In this document: piece after piece, positions 10,022 through 18,038 of the stretch
Layout of the letters: every line of letters begins with the position of its first letter
Numbering within the stretch: the first letter of the stretch is position 1
Origin: Escherichia phage phiG7
Strand: one strand, 5' to 3'
Length of the DNA: 60,274 bases
Sequence record: OQ791410.1
Notes under the pieces: generated by a model
What the model was told of the DNA's origin: nothing
The model's database searches: none
What the model saw: the letters and a program-made list of their open reading frames with translations, nothing else
Position numbers and translations under genes: made by a program

Positions 10022-10633
10022 ATGAGTGAATTTACCAAAATGATTAACGATGCGGAAATTAGACACAGCATTGAGAAGATTTTAAAGTTAATTGAAAATG
10101 GAGACACAGATACAGAGTTACGCGAAGGTCTTATCGAAACTCCGGCGCGTGTAGCAAAAGCTTATGCTACATGGTTTGGCGGTTATGGTGTCGATATTGG
10201 CGGGCTGTTTAAAACCTTTGAAGATGGTGCGGAAGGTACGGATGAAATGGTCATTGTCCGTGATATTCCTGTATACAGTCATTGTGAGCATCACATGGCC
10301 CCTATCATCGGTCGTGCTGTTGTGGGTTATGTTCCCAATGGGAAGATCGTTGGGCTTAGTAAACTGTCTCGCGTAGTTGATGCTTTTAGCCGTCGCTTGC
10401 AAGTCCAAGAGCGTCTAACTAACCAGATTGCAGACGCTATCCAGGAGCATTTAAACCCGAAAGCTGTATGCGTTTATATTGACGCCAAACATATGTGCAT
10501 GGAATCGCGCGGAGTTAAGCAGGTATGCGGCAGCTCTACTATTACCAAAGCGTTCCGGGGCGCTACAGAACTGGAGCATGGTAGCGATATTGGTAAAGAA
10601 TGGCGCCGGGAGTTCCTGGAAGCTTGTAAATAA
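10022..10633 (+). CDS. folE: GTP cyclohydrolase I
   Basis: [17 protein letters not shown] and GLSKLSR blocks characteristic of FolE. Confidence 0.8.
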   Translation: MSEFTKMINDAEIRHSIEKILKLIENGDTDTELREGLIETPARVAKAYATWFGGYGVDIGGLFKTFEDGAEGTDEMVIVRDIPVYSHCEHHMAPIIGRAVVGYVPNGKIVGLSKLSRVVDAFSRRLQVQERLTNQIADAIQEHLNPKAVCVYIDAKHMCMESRGVKQVCGSSTITKAFRGATELEHGSDIGKEWRREFLEACK

Positions 10634-10651
10634 TAGATAGCTTTACAGATC

Positions 10652-10690
10652 AAGCCCATATCGGTCATAATACTGGTATGGGCTTTTTAG
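10652..10690 (+). terminator. rho-independent terminator (long loop)
   Basis: AAGCCCATA ... TATGGGCTT stem then TTTAG. Confidence 0.5.
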
Positions 10691-10704
10691 TCATTGGGGG
10701 AAAT

Positions 10705-10911
10705 ATGTCAAGACAACTAATCTTAGAGACAGCATTCTACCAGCTTAAAGCAGGTACTGCGGATGCTTGTTCTGCAATACAGAATGATGCGCCTACAGAT
10801 GTCTTAAAGCAGCAGCTTATTGACGCTAAACATCGCGCGGACGAAGCATTTAATGAAGCGTGGCGTACTTTAGAACTAATTGATCAGTTTGGAGGACCGT
10901 TCCAAAAATGA
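10705..10911 (+). CDS. hypothetical small protein
   Basis: Start at MSRQL preferred; overlaps next gene start. Confidence 0.35.
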   Translation: MSRQLILETAFYQLKAGTADACSAIQNDAPTDVLKQQLIDAKHRADEAFNEAWRTLELIDQFGGPFQK

Positions 10912-11828
10912 ACGTTTTTATGGCAGCAGTTTACACGAACGGATATATGCCTGGACAGCAGCGTTATGAAAAACTGTCCGAGCATGAGAAAAATATCACG
11001 CGCAATCTGCCCCATATTTTGGAATCATATCACTACGTTGGGCGTCAGAAGTATGTTGATCAAATGCGTGCGGACGGGGCTAAAGTGTTTCTCGACTCCG
11101 GTGCATTCTCTGCGCACTCTTTGGGTGCGCACATTGATATTGTTGAATACTGCGAATACATTAAGCGCAACAAAGACATCCTTCGCGTAGAAGATGGTGC
11201 AGTAATGGCCTCGGTGCTTGATGGTATCGGTGATCCACTGCAAACCTACCGTAACCAGCTTGAAATGGAAGCACGCGGTGCTAAACCGTTACCGTGCTTT
11301 CACTTTGGTGAGGACTTCCGCTATCTTGAATATTACATGAAGAACTACGAATATATCACGATTGGTGGCATGGTAGGGCGTTCAACGGACACGCTTAAAA
11401 CTTGGCTGGACCGCATGTGGGACAAATACATTTGCGACGGTAGCGGTCGTCCTAAGATTAAGCTTCATGCATTTGGTATTACGTCCACAACCATTATGGA
11501 GCGTTACCCGTGGTATAGCTGTGACTCATCCTCCTGGATTCAAGCGGCAGCGTTTGGAAGTGTGGTTACTCCTCCGTGGGGCCCAATGCGCGTATCTGAT
11601 AAGTCACCAGACCGTCACCATTTTGGTAAGCATGTTTCAACGCTAACTGAAATTGAACAGGACGCTGTCCTTAAATACCTTGAGCAAAACGGTTTCACTT
11701 ACGAACGTTTATCAACAATCTATGAATCACGTGCCGCCTTCAACTTATGGGCGTATGGTGTAATTGCTGCAAACATTAACGCTACCCATGACGGCACATT
11801 CCGTGATCGTGTAATGGAGTTGTTCTGA
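10908..11828 (+). CDS. dpdA: DpdA-like DNA-guanine transglycosylase (TGT-fold)
   Basis: TGT-like blocks FLDSGAFS, ITIGGMVG, YSCDSSSW; location with queCDE/folE. Confidence 0.6.
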   Translation: MNVFMAAVYTNGYMPGQQRYEKLSEHEKNITRNLPHILESYHYVGRQKYVDQMRADGAKVFLDSGAFSAHSLGAHIDIVEYCEYIKRNKDILRVEDGAVMASVLDGIGDPLQTYRNQLEMEARGAKPLPCFHFGEDFRYLEYYMKNYEYITIGGMVGRSTDTLKTWLDRMWDKYICDGSGRPKIKLHAFGITSTTIMERYPWYSCDSSSWIQAAAFGSVVTPPWGPMRVSDKSPDRHHFGKHVSTLTEIEQDAVLKYLEQNGFTYERLSTIYESRAAFNLWAYGVIAANINATHDGTFRDRVMELF

Positions 11829-12055
11829 TGGCTAACTTAAGAAGACCAAAAGGTAAACGTAAATATACTCACACAGGCGTAAGAATTAATTATTACGGTG
11901 AAAACAGAGTAGTATTCCTCCACAAGACACCTAAGCAGTGGCAGGATCCGTCAGGTACATGGTTTAATGCACAAGGAAAACAAATGGGACTTTATGGATA
12001 CCCTCCTACTTGTGAATTAGATTTAACCACAATTAGAGCAATCGAGGATCGCTAA
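11828..12055 (+). CDS. hypothetical small protein
   Basis: 75-aa ORF, translationally coupled. Confidence 0.3.
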   Translation: MANLRRPKGKRKYTHTGVRINYYGENRVVFLHKTPKQWQDPSGTWFNAQGKQMGLYGYPPTCELDLTTIRAIEDR

Positions 12056-12291
12056 TGATACCAGTGTGTGAAGAATATATTACTTCCCAATCTAAAGCTG
12101 GGGGTAAAGCGGTAGGTCGTGTTGCTATCGCTAAGTTAACAAACGCGGGCTATGTACCAAAAGTTACCCCACCACCCCCTGAGCCCTGGATATGGGAGAA
12201 AAACGAGGGCCGTATTATGGCCATTACATCGTATATGGGACCTTTTAGATTAAAGATTGAGTATCTTGTAGACTTAGATGGGGACTCCTAA
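12055..12291 (+). CDS. hypothetical small protein
   Basis: 78-aa ORF, translationally coupled. Confidence 0.3.
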   Translation: MIPVCEEYITSQSKAGGKAVGRVAIAKLTNAGYVPKVTPPPPEPWIWEKNEGRIMAITSYMGPFRLKIEYLVDLDGDS

Positions 12292-13244
12292 TGCTTAACG
12301 CTCTTAAATTCGTTCAAGGCTCCGTTGCTAAAAAGGAACTGGTAGAAGGGCTTACCAGTTTTCTTATTCGTGACGGACAGGTACAAGGCTTTAACGGTGT
12401 TATTGCACTGGGCAGCCCTATTGAGCTGGATATTGATTGCAAGCCTGAAGCCGGTCCAATGATCAAGGCTATTTCAAACTGTGATGAAACAGTGCAGTTA
12501 ACAATGATGGCTAACGGTAAGCTGAATATTAAGTCAGGTCCGTTTCGTGTCGCTATACGCTGCATCGATAAAGAAACTCCGCATGTATTCCCTGAAGGGG
12601 ATCTGTATGAAATAGATGGTGCTCGCTTCGTTCATGGTGTGAAGTCAGTTGCTCCATTTGTAGGCTCGGATGCTTCCCGTCCGTGGGCTTGCGGTATTCT
12701 GATTAATAACGGTAGCCTGTTTGCTACAAATAACGTCACCATTGCGGAATACTGGTTTGGTAATCAGTTCCCTATCGATTGCATAATACCTTCCGTCGCA
12801 ATTAAAGAAATACTGCGTATTAAAGCTAACCCGACGCATATTCAGGTTAGTAAAAATAACGTAACGTTTCATTATCCGGAAGGTCGCTGGTTGCGGACAC
12901 AGCTTATTGATGCAGAGTGGCCCGATATACGTCGTATTTTAAATGTTCAATGTAATGCACATCCTGTTGATCCAGGTCTTTTCGAAGGCTTGCATAAAAT
13001 CAAACCTTTCGCTGAAGACAGACCTCGTGTATATATTGAAAACGGTCTAGCCCGTACTCACTACGATGATGCGGAAGGCGCAAGCTTCGTATTGCAGGAC
13101 CGGACAATTACGGGAGTGTACAATATTGATATCCTGCTATTGCTTGAAAATGTGGTTAAGACTGCGGACTTTAGTTTGTATCCGCAACCTTGCGCATTCT
13201 TTGGGGAAAATCTTCGCGGTGTATTAATTGGAGAACGTGTTTAA
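12291..13244 (+). CDS. DnaN-like DNA polymerase sliding clamp (beta clamp)
   Basis: Blocks resembling E. coli DnaN by eye: LIDAEWPDIRRIL vs LVDGRFPDYRRVL, IIPSVAIKEILRI vs VIVPRKGVIELMRM. Confidence 0.55.
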   Translation: MLNALKFVQGSVAKKELVEGLTSFLIRDGQVQGFNGVIALGSPIELDIDCKPEAGPMIKAISNCDETVQLTMMANGKLNIKSGPFRVAIRCIDKETPHVFPEGDLYEIDGARFVHGVKSVAPFVGSDASRPWACGILINNGSLFATNNVTIAEYWFGNQFPIDCIIPSVAIKEILRIKANPTHIQVSKNNVTFHYPEGRWLRTQLIDAEWPDIRRILNVQCNAHPVDPGLFEGLHKIKPFAEDRPRVYIENGLARTHYDDAEGASFVLQDRTITGVYNIDILLLLENVVKTADFSLYPQPCAFFGENLRGVLIGERV

Positions 13245-13836
13245 TGAAATTTTTGATTGACGGTCATCGTGACCGTATAGCTTTCCGTAAGACCCAATGG
13301 CCGGAAGGCGTTGTTGGACAATTATTAACACCATTGACCAGATATACTCGCGGTGAACCTGTATTTGCAATTGATAACGGCGCATACAGCGGGTTTCGTG
13401 AGAAAGAGTTTATTTCTCTTCTTAAACGAGAATATCATGTTAAAGAGCAATGCTTATTTGTCTGCGTTCCAGATAAAGTTGGGGATCATAAGGCTACTCT
13501 TGAAATGTGGGGCAATACAACCATCTAGCGGACGGTTGGAAGAAAGCATTTGTAGCCCAAGACGGTTGTGATAGTATTCCAAATGAAGCGGATTGTATCT
13601 TTATTGGCGGAACTACGGAGTTTAAAGATTCTGAACATGCTGCGGATATTGTTTTATGGGGATTGGAAAATAATAAGCATGTTCATATTGGACGTGTAAA
13701 CGGACCTGAGCGTTTTGCTAAATTTCACGTACTTGGCGCACATACTTGCGACGGTAGTGGTGTCAGTCGTTATGACCATATGATTCTAGCAATTAAAGAA
13801 GCAATGGAGCGGATTAAATGCGAACCGATGCTATAG
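13244..13836 (+). pseudogene. second, shorter DpdA/TGT-like paralogue interrupted by a frameshift at a G4 run (13509-13512)
   Basis: ORFs 13244..13528 and 13507..13836 in different frames; one extra G fuses them (..LEMW|GQYNHLAD..); blocks AIDNGAYSGF, IFIGGTTEF, HTCDGSGV parallel the DpdA gene. Confidence 0.5.
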
Positions 13837-15803
13837 GTTTCTTTTGGCAGGACTTACCGCCTGAGCCAAAAGCAAAGAAAGAAAAGATCAAACGTTTACC
13901 GCCGGAGCGGACTTGGGAGCGCCCGGATTATTTGCCTAACCTTGAGGAAGCGCGGAACTTCCAATACAACCTGTATACGCAGGACGAACTTATTCAAGCA
14001 TGGATTAACCGCGAACCGCTTGTATACGATATTGAATGTTATCCAAACTATTTCTTAATCGCGTTTCGCGGAGTACGGACTAAGAAAGTTGTCTACTTCG
14101 AAATGTATCACGGTTGTAGTTTGAATTGCTTGTTACTTAACTGGATAATGACAAACTTCCTTATCGTAAGCTTTAACGGTAACGGGTACGATATGCCAAT
14201 TGCTACGCTTGCGCTTAACGGCTGCTCTAATGCTCAGCTTAAAGATGCAACCGATAAGATAATCGTGGAAGACTGGCGTCCTTCCGATGTGTTGAAGAGT
14301 TACCGCCTTAAGCGTATGCAGAACGTTAACCACATTGATATTATGGAAGTTCTGCCTGGATCTGGTGGTTTGAAACAATATGGCGGACGTGTACATACTC
14401 GCCGTATGCAGGATTTACCGTTCAAGCCAAATACAATGTTGACGCAGGACCAGATGTTAATTGTACGCTGGTACTGTATTAACGACCTTGTACAGACAGA
14501 AGAATGTTTTATTGCATTACAAGAACCTTTGCACCTTCGTGAAATTATGTCGCAAGAATACGGTGTGGATCTGCGTTCACGTTCTGATGCGCAGATTGCA
14601 GAAGACGTAATTAAACACGAAATTCAAGCATTAACTGGTGTGCGTCCCCAGCGTCCCCAAGTTTATCCTGGAACAAAGTATGCGTATAACATACCGGACT
14701 TTATTCGTTTTCAAACACCTCTGATGAATAGTGTTTTGGATATTGTTCGGGACTGCCGTTTTGTTGTTAGCGATAACGGTGGCGTTAGCTTGCCCCCAGC
14801 GTTAACAGGTCTTGAAATCAAGATTGCGGACGGTGTCTACCGTATGGGTATTGGCGGTTTGCATAGCTCCGAAGAGTGTGCTGGTCACGGTAAAGAGCCT
14901 GGTATTAAGAAGCGGGACATTGACGTAACGTCTTATTACCCTTCAATTATTCTTAATCAGGGATTATACCCTGAGCAGTTGGGACCAGCGTTCCTTCGTG
15001 TTTATAAAAGTATTGTAGATCGCCGTATTGCAGCTAAGCACTCAGGGGACAAGAACACAGCCAACACGCTGAAGATCGTAATCAACGGATCGTTCGGTAA
15101 GTTAGGGTCTATGTGGTCCGTACTGTACGCGCCGCAATTATTGATACAGGTAACTATCACAGGGCAACTATCACTGTTAATGCTTATTGAAGCATTTGAG
15201 CTGAACGGTGTTAAAGTAATTTCAGCGAATACCGATGGTATTGTGGTTAAGTATCCCGACCACATGCAGGACTTCGTTGATAACATGATCAAGTGGTGGG
15301 AATCCGTCACAGGTTTTGAAATGGAATCCACTTATTATGACAAGCTATATAGCGCGAACGTTAACAACTATGTAGCTGTCAAAGAACCTGATGCAGAAGG
15401 TAACGTTGAAGTTAAGCGTAAGGGCTGGTTTGCCAAGACAGGACTTCAAAAGAACTGTACTGGTGAAATTATTATGGAAGCTGTATGTGAATGTTTGGCC
15501 CACGGTACGCCTGTTTCTCGTACTATACGCAATTGCAACGATATTAAAAAATTCATTATCCTACGTGCGGTGAAAGGTGGCGCGGTATGGAATGGCGAAT
15601 TTTTGGGTAAGGTTGTACGCTGGTATTTAAGCACCAATGAAGAAACCCCTGAAATAATCTATGCTAACTCGGGCAACCGTGTAGCTGGTAGCGCGGGAGG
15701 TGTCCCAATCATGACGCTACCGGATAAAATACCGGACGACATAGATTATGATGCTTATATAGCTAAAGCAGAGAAGTATCTCGAAGACATGGGATACGCC
15801 TAA
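13818..15803 (+). CDS. family B DNA polymerase with 3'-5' exonuclease domain
   Basis: Exo motifs YDIE, FNGNGYD, YCINDL; polymerase motifs DVTSYYPSII, KIVINGSFGKLG, NTDG. Confidence 0.75.
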   Translation: MRTDAIGFFWQDLPPEPKAKKEKIKRLPPERTWERPDYLPNLEEARNFQYNLYTQDELIQAWINREPLVYDIECYPNYFLIAFRGVRTKKVVYFEMYHGCSLNCLLLNWIMTNFLIVSFNGNGYDMPIATLALNGCSNAQLKDATDKIIVEDWRPSDVLKSYRLKRMQNVNHIDIMEVLPGSGGLKQYGGRVHTRRMQDLPFKPNTMLTQDQMLIVRWYCINDLVQTEECFIALQEPLHLREIMSQEYGVDLRSRSDAQIAEDVIKHEIQALTGVRPQRPQVYPGTKYAYNIPDFIRFQTPLMNSVLDIVRDCRFVVSDNGGVSLPPALTGLEIKIADGVYRMGIGGLHSSEECAGHGKEPGIKKRDIDVTSYYPSIILNQGLYPEQLGPAFLRVYKSIVDRRIAAKHSGDKNTANTLKIVINGSFGKLGSMWSVLYAPQLLIQVTITGQLSLLMLIEAFELNGVKVISANTDGIVVKYPDHMQDFVDNMIKWWESVTGFEMESTYYDKLYSANVNNYVAVKEPDAEGNVEVKRKGWFAKTGLQKNCTGEIIMEAVCECLAHGTPVSRTIRNCNDIKKFIILRAVKGGAVWNGEFLGKVVRWYLSTNEETPEIIYANSGNRVAGSAGGVPIMTLPDKIPDDIDYDAYIAKAEKYLEDMGYA

Positions 15804-15812
15804 TTCTACCTG

Positions 15813-15838
15813 CAGACCCTTCGCGGGTCTGTTTTAAT
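15813..15838 (+). terminator. rho-independent terminator
   Basis: CAGACCC-TTCGC-GGGTCTG then TTTTAAT. Confidence 0.7.
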
Positions 15839-15866
15839 ATATGCATACAACAAGAGGAGATGCAAA

Positions 15867-16151
15867 ATGAGCTTAGTAGACGATTACAACAAAGGTAAAA
15901 TCGACGCGGTGGAACTTAACCGTCAGCTTAATAAACAAAATGAAGAACGCAAACAAGGTAAATACCTTACAATGATTGTTGCGCTTATCTTCACTGTTAT
16001 TGGGGGATGTGTTTACGGCTACATTAACCACACTGTTGAAGTTGGCAACGAATGTCGCGCTAAATATCCAATTCACGTTGGTGTAACTCCACAGGAAGAC
16101 ATTGATGCGCTTCTGGAACTTCAAGCCTTATGTCGTAAAGGGAAAGCATAA
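15867..16151 (+). CDS. small membrane protein
   Basis: RBS AGGAG; one predicted TM helix. Confidence 0.4.
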   Translation: MSLVDDYNKGKIDAVELNRQLNKQNEERKQGKYLTMIVALIFTVIGGCVYGYINHTVEVGNECRAKYPIHVGVTPQEDIDALLELQALCRKGKA

Positions 16152-16444
16152 TGAAACGTTTATTACTCGTAGCTTTGCTGATAGCGCCTGGCGTCCAAGC
16201 TGTGGATTTAAAGGATGCAGCAAAGAAACTATGCCAAGACCATCCTATTAAGTTACAATGTGAAGAACTTGTATCAAGCATGTTAACCCATTCTTACGTG
16301 ATGGGCCAAACGCAGCTTGGATGTGAGTTAGGTATTATTGATGCGTGCAAAGCAGCGCGCACCAATAAACATTTTGAAAAGAACGCACGTTGGCTGGAGC
16401 AGCGCATTAGAACCCTTGATCATAGGGGTACTTTTGGGGGCTAG
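16151..16444 (+). CDS. small secreted Cys-containing protein
   Basis: N-terminal signal-peptide-like MKRLLLVALLIAPGVQA; six Cys. Confidence 0.4.
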   Translation: MKRLLLVALLIAPGVQAVDLKDAAKKLCQDHPIKLQCEELVSSMLTHSYVMGQTQLGCELGIIDACKAARTNKHFEKNARWLEQRIRTLDHRGTFGG

Positions 16445-16476
16445 CCGCGTGTAAAACCTTAAAGGGGTATATTAGC

Positions 16477-16683
16477 ATGGCTGGTAAAGAAAAGAGCGTA
16501 GCAAGCGATTTAGGTGTGGATGTAGTAAGTCGCGAACCGTGGCAACATGGGGATAAACCAGTAGTTTACATTCATGTCTATTACTGGAATAATATGACCG
16601 CTGAGCAACAAGAAGCGTTAAAGGTTTTAGCCGACGTTATTGTTGTTCCAGATGAGCCAACTCCGGAATCACCGGAAGCGTAA
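16477..16683 (+). CDS. hypothetical small protein
   Basis: 68-aa ORF, followed by terminator. Confidence 0.35.
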   Translation: MAGKEKSVASDLGVDVVSREPWQHGDKPVVYIHVYYWNNMTAEQQEALKVLADVIVVPDEPTPESPEA

Positions 16684-16690
16684 TAAAATA

Positions 16691-16716
16691 ATACCCGCGT
16701 TCGCGCGGGTATTTTA
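16691..16716 (+). terminator. rho-independent terminator
   Basis: ATACCCGCG-TTCG-CGCGGGTAT then TTTAAGG. Confidence 0.7.
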
Positions 16717-16720
16717 AGGA

Positions 16721-16909
16721 GTGAATATGGCTAGAGCAGCAAAAGGTTACAGACAGACTTTTAAGCTAATTGGGGGACCGTGGGACGGACAAAAAGTTCA
16801 ATTATATAGCGCGGGAACTTTAGAATTTTCCGTTGCAAGTTTTGATCCTCGCCCTGGGCGTTATGTACCATCAAGCTATCGTAATACTTTAGAATGGGAG
16901 TTTACTTAA
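16721..16909 (+). CDS. hypothetical small protein
   Basis: 62-aa ORF, RBS AGGAG. Confidence 0.35.
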   Translation: MNMARAAKGYRQTFKLIGGPWDGQKVQLYSAGTLEFSVASFDPRPGRYVPSSYRNTLEWEFT

Positions 16910-17115
16910 TGAATGAATATGTAGTTATTTATTTCATTATTGGTGCTGTGATTGCAGCAATGACTTATTTCTTTTGTTGGAATAATTATGATTATGCGCT
17001 AGCTCATAAGAAACGTTGGGAGAAAATTGTGAGTCTTCTATGCATACTTGTTTGCTGGCCAGTCGCTATTATTGCGACTACTTATGATCAATACATGTAC
17101 AGGAGAAGACGTTGA
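16894..17115 (+). CDS. small membrane protein
   Basis: Two hydrophobic helices. Confidence 0.4.
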   Translation: MGVYLMNEYVVIYFIIGAVIAAMTYFFCWNNYDYALAHKKRWEKIVSLLCILVCWPVAIIATTYDQYMYRRRR

Positions 17116-17393
17116 TGGAATACTTGCTAGTAATTGTTGCGCTGTTTCTTATTATTGTGGTTATAATGACAGGAGACAGTAACGAGAAAGGTTTCACAGC
17201 AATGAGCAGGGCGTTATTACGTGCCCTTGCTGTCGCACTGCTTGGAACCAGCTTTGCTATGGCGTTTGGGATTGTGGAGATCCCTAGCACCTATTACGGT
17301 TTTGTTAAAGTTCAACATCAACTCACTTATGCTACCGTCGTCGGATTGGGTGCTGTAACACTTGCAATCCTGTCAGCTTTTCATAAGCGTTAA
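17112..17393 (+). CDS. small membrane protein
   Basis: Three hydrophobic segments; last gene of plus arm. Confidence 0.4.
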   Translation: MMEYLLVIVALFLIIVVIMTGDSNEKGFTAMSRALLRALAVALLGTSFAMAFGIVEIPSTYYGFVKVQHQLTYATVVGLGAVTLAILSAFHKR

Positions 17394-17395
17394 AG

Positions 17396-17420
17396 AAAGG
17401 GGCGTTTGCCCCTTTTCTCT
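17396..17420. terminator. bidirectional rho-independent terminator at convergence of the two arms
   Basis: AAA-GGGGC-GTTT-GCCCC-TTTT, A-tract and T-tract on either side. Confidence 0.7.
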
Positions 17421-17595
17421 TCTTAGAATATACGAAAGAAAGCACCGTATGGGTATACGCCAAAAGTATTGAAAACAGGCGGTGCAAAAGCATTCACAAA
17501 CACCGGAGTTGGCGCTACTGGTTGAAACGTCTTGCAATTACACGCTGCTTGAGCCAATTGCCCCTGAAGTATACCTGCTTGTGTTGCAGGACTGC

Positions 17596-17867
17596 CTAAA
17601 CAGTCAGGTTAGTACCGTTCTGCCCCTGAATGGTCTGAAGAGTACCGTTGTTAATGGCTTGCAGAATTGCGTTGGTGTCAACAGAAGCTTGAACTTCCAC
17701 CGGACCAGCGAAGTTACCGCGACCACCCCAACCACCATTGCCACCCCAACCGTTACCGATCCAGGAACCAATCAAACCACCGATCGCACCACCAATACCA
17801 GCCGCACCAGCTTCACCGCCGAAACCGTGCCACCGAGATTAGTAGGTAAAAGAGTCATGTCAGACAT
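17596..17867 (-). pseudogene. glycine-zipper, microcin-like small protein (possible double-glycine leader MSDMTLLPTNLGG), reading frame broken after the GG motif
   Basis: RBS GGAG 8 nt before ATG at 17867; frame 1 stops after 31 aa; the adjacent frame is open for 81 codons rich in GxxxG (AGAAGIGGAIGGLIGSWIGNGWGG); one extra G in ACGG would fuse leader and core. Confidence 0.4.
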
Positions 17868-17993
17868 AGGAAAATCTCCATATATGGATTTGTTAAGCGG
17901 ATGTAACCAACTGGTTACGAAGTAAAGCATACCCATTAACATGCTTTTTACAATGATCCATATGTAAAGATTTTGTAAATTAGGATTGACAGC

Positions 17994-18022
17994 CAATAAA
18001 AAGCGCGCCCGGAGACGCGCTG
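17994..18022 (-). terminator. rho-independent terminator after tail fibre gene (minus strand)
   Basis: AGCGCG-8 nt loop-CGCGCT followed on minus strand by TTTTATT. Confidence 0.65.
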
Positions 18023-18038
18023 AGGAAGTTAGATGTGG

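Noticed and set aside
13505-13528. Programmed -1 frameshift as the explanation for the split DpdA-like gene
   Set aside because: TGGGGC is not a canonical X_XXY_YYZ slippery heptamer, and the second split gene is also broken at a G run; homopolymer indel is the more economical explanation, though recoding is not excluded.
17482-17925. 147-aa plus-strand ORF
   Set aside because: T/P/N-rich product that is the antisense of the Gly-rich minus-strand gene; no convincing RBS; the minus-strand reading has an RBS and a terminator context.
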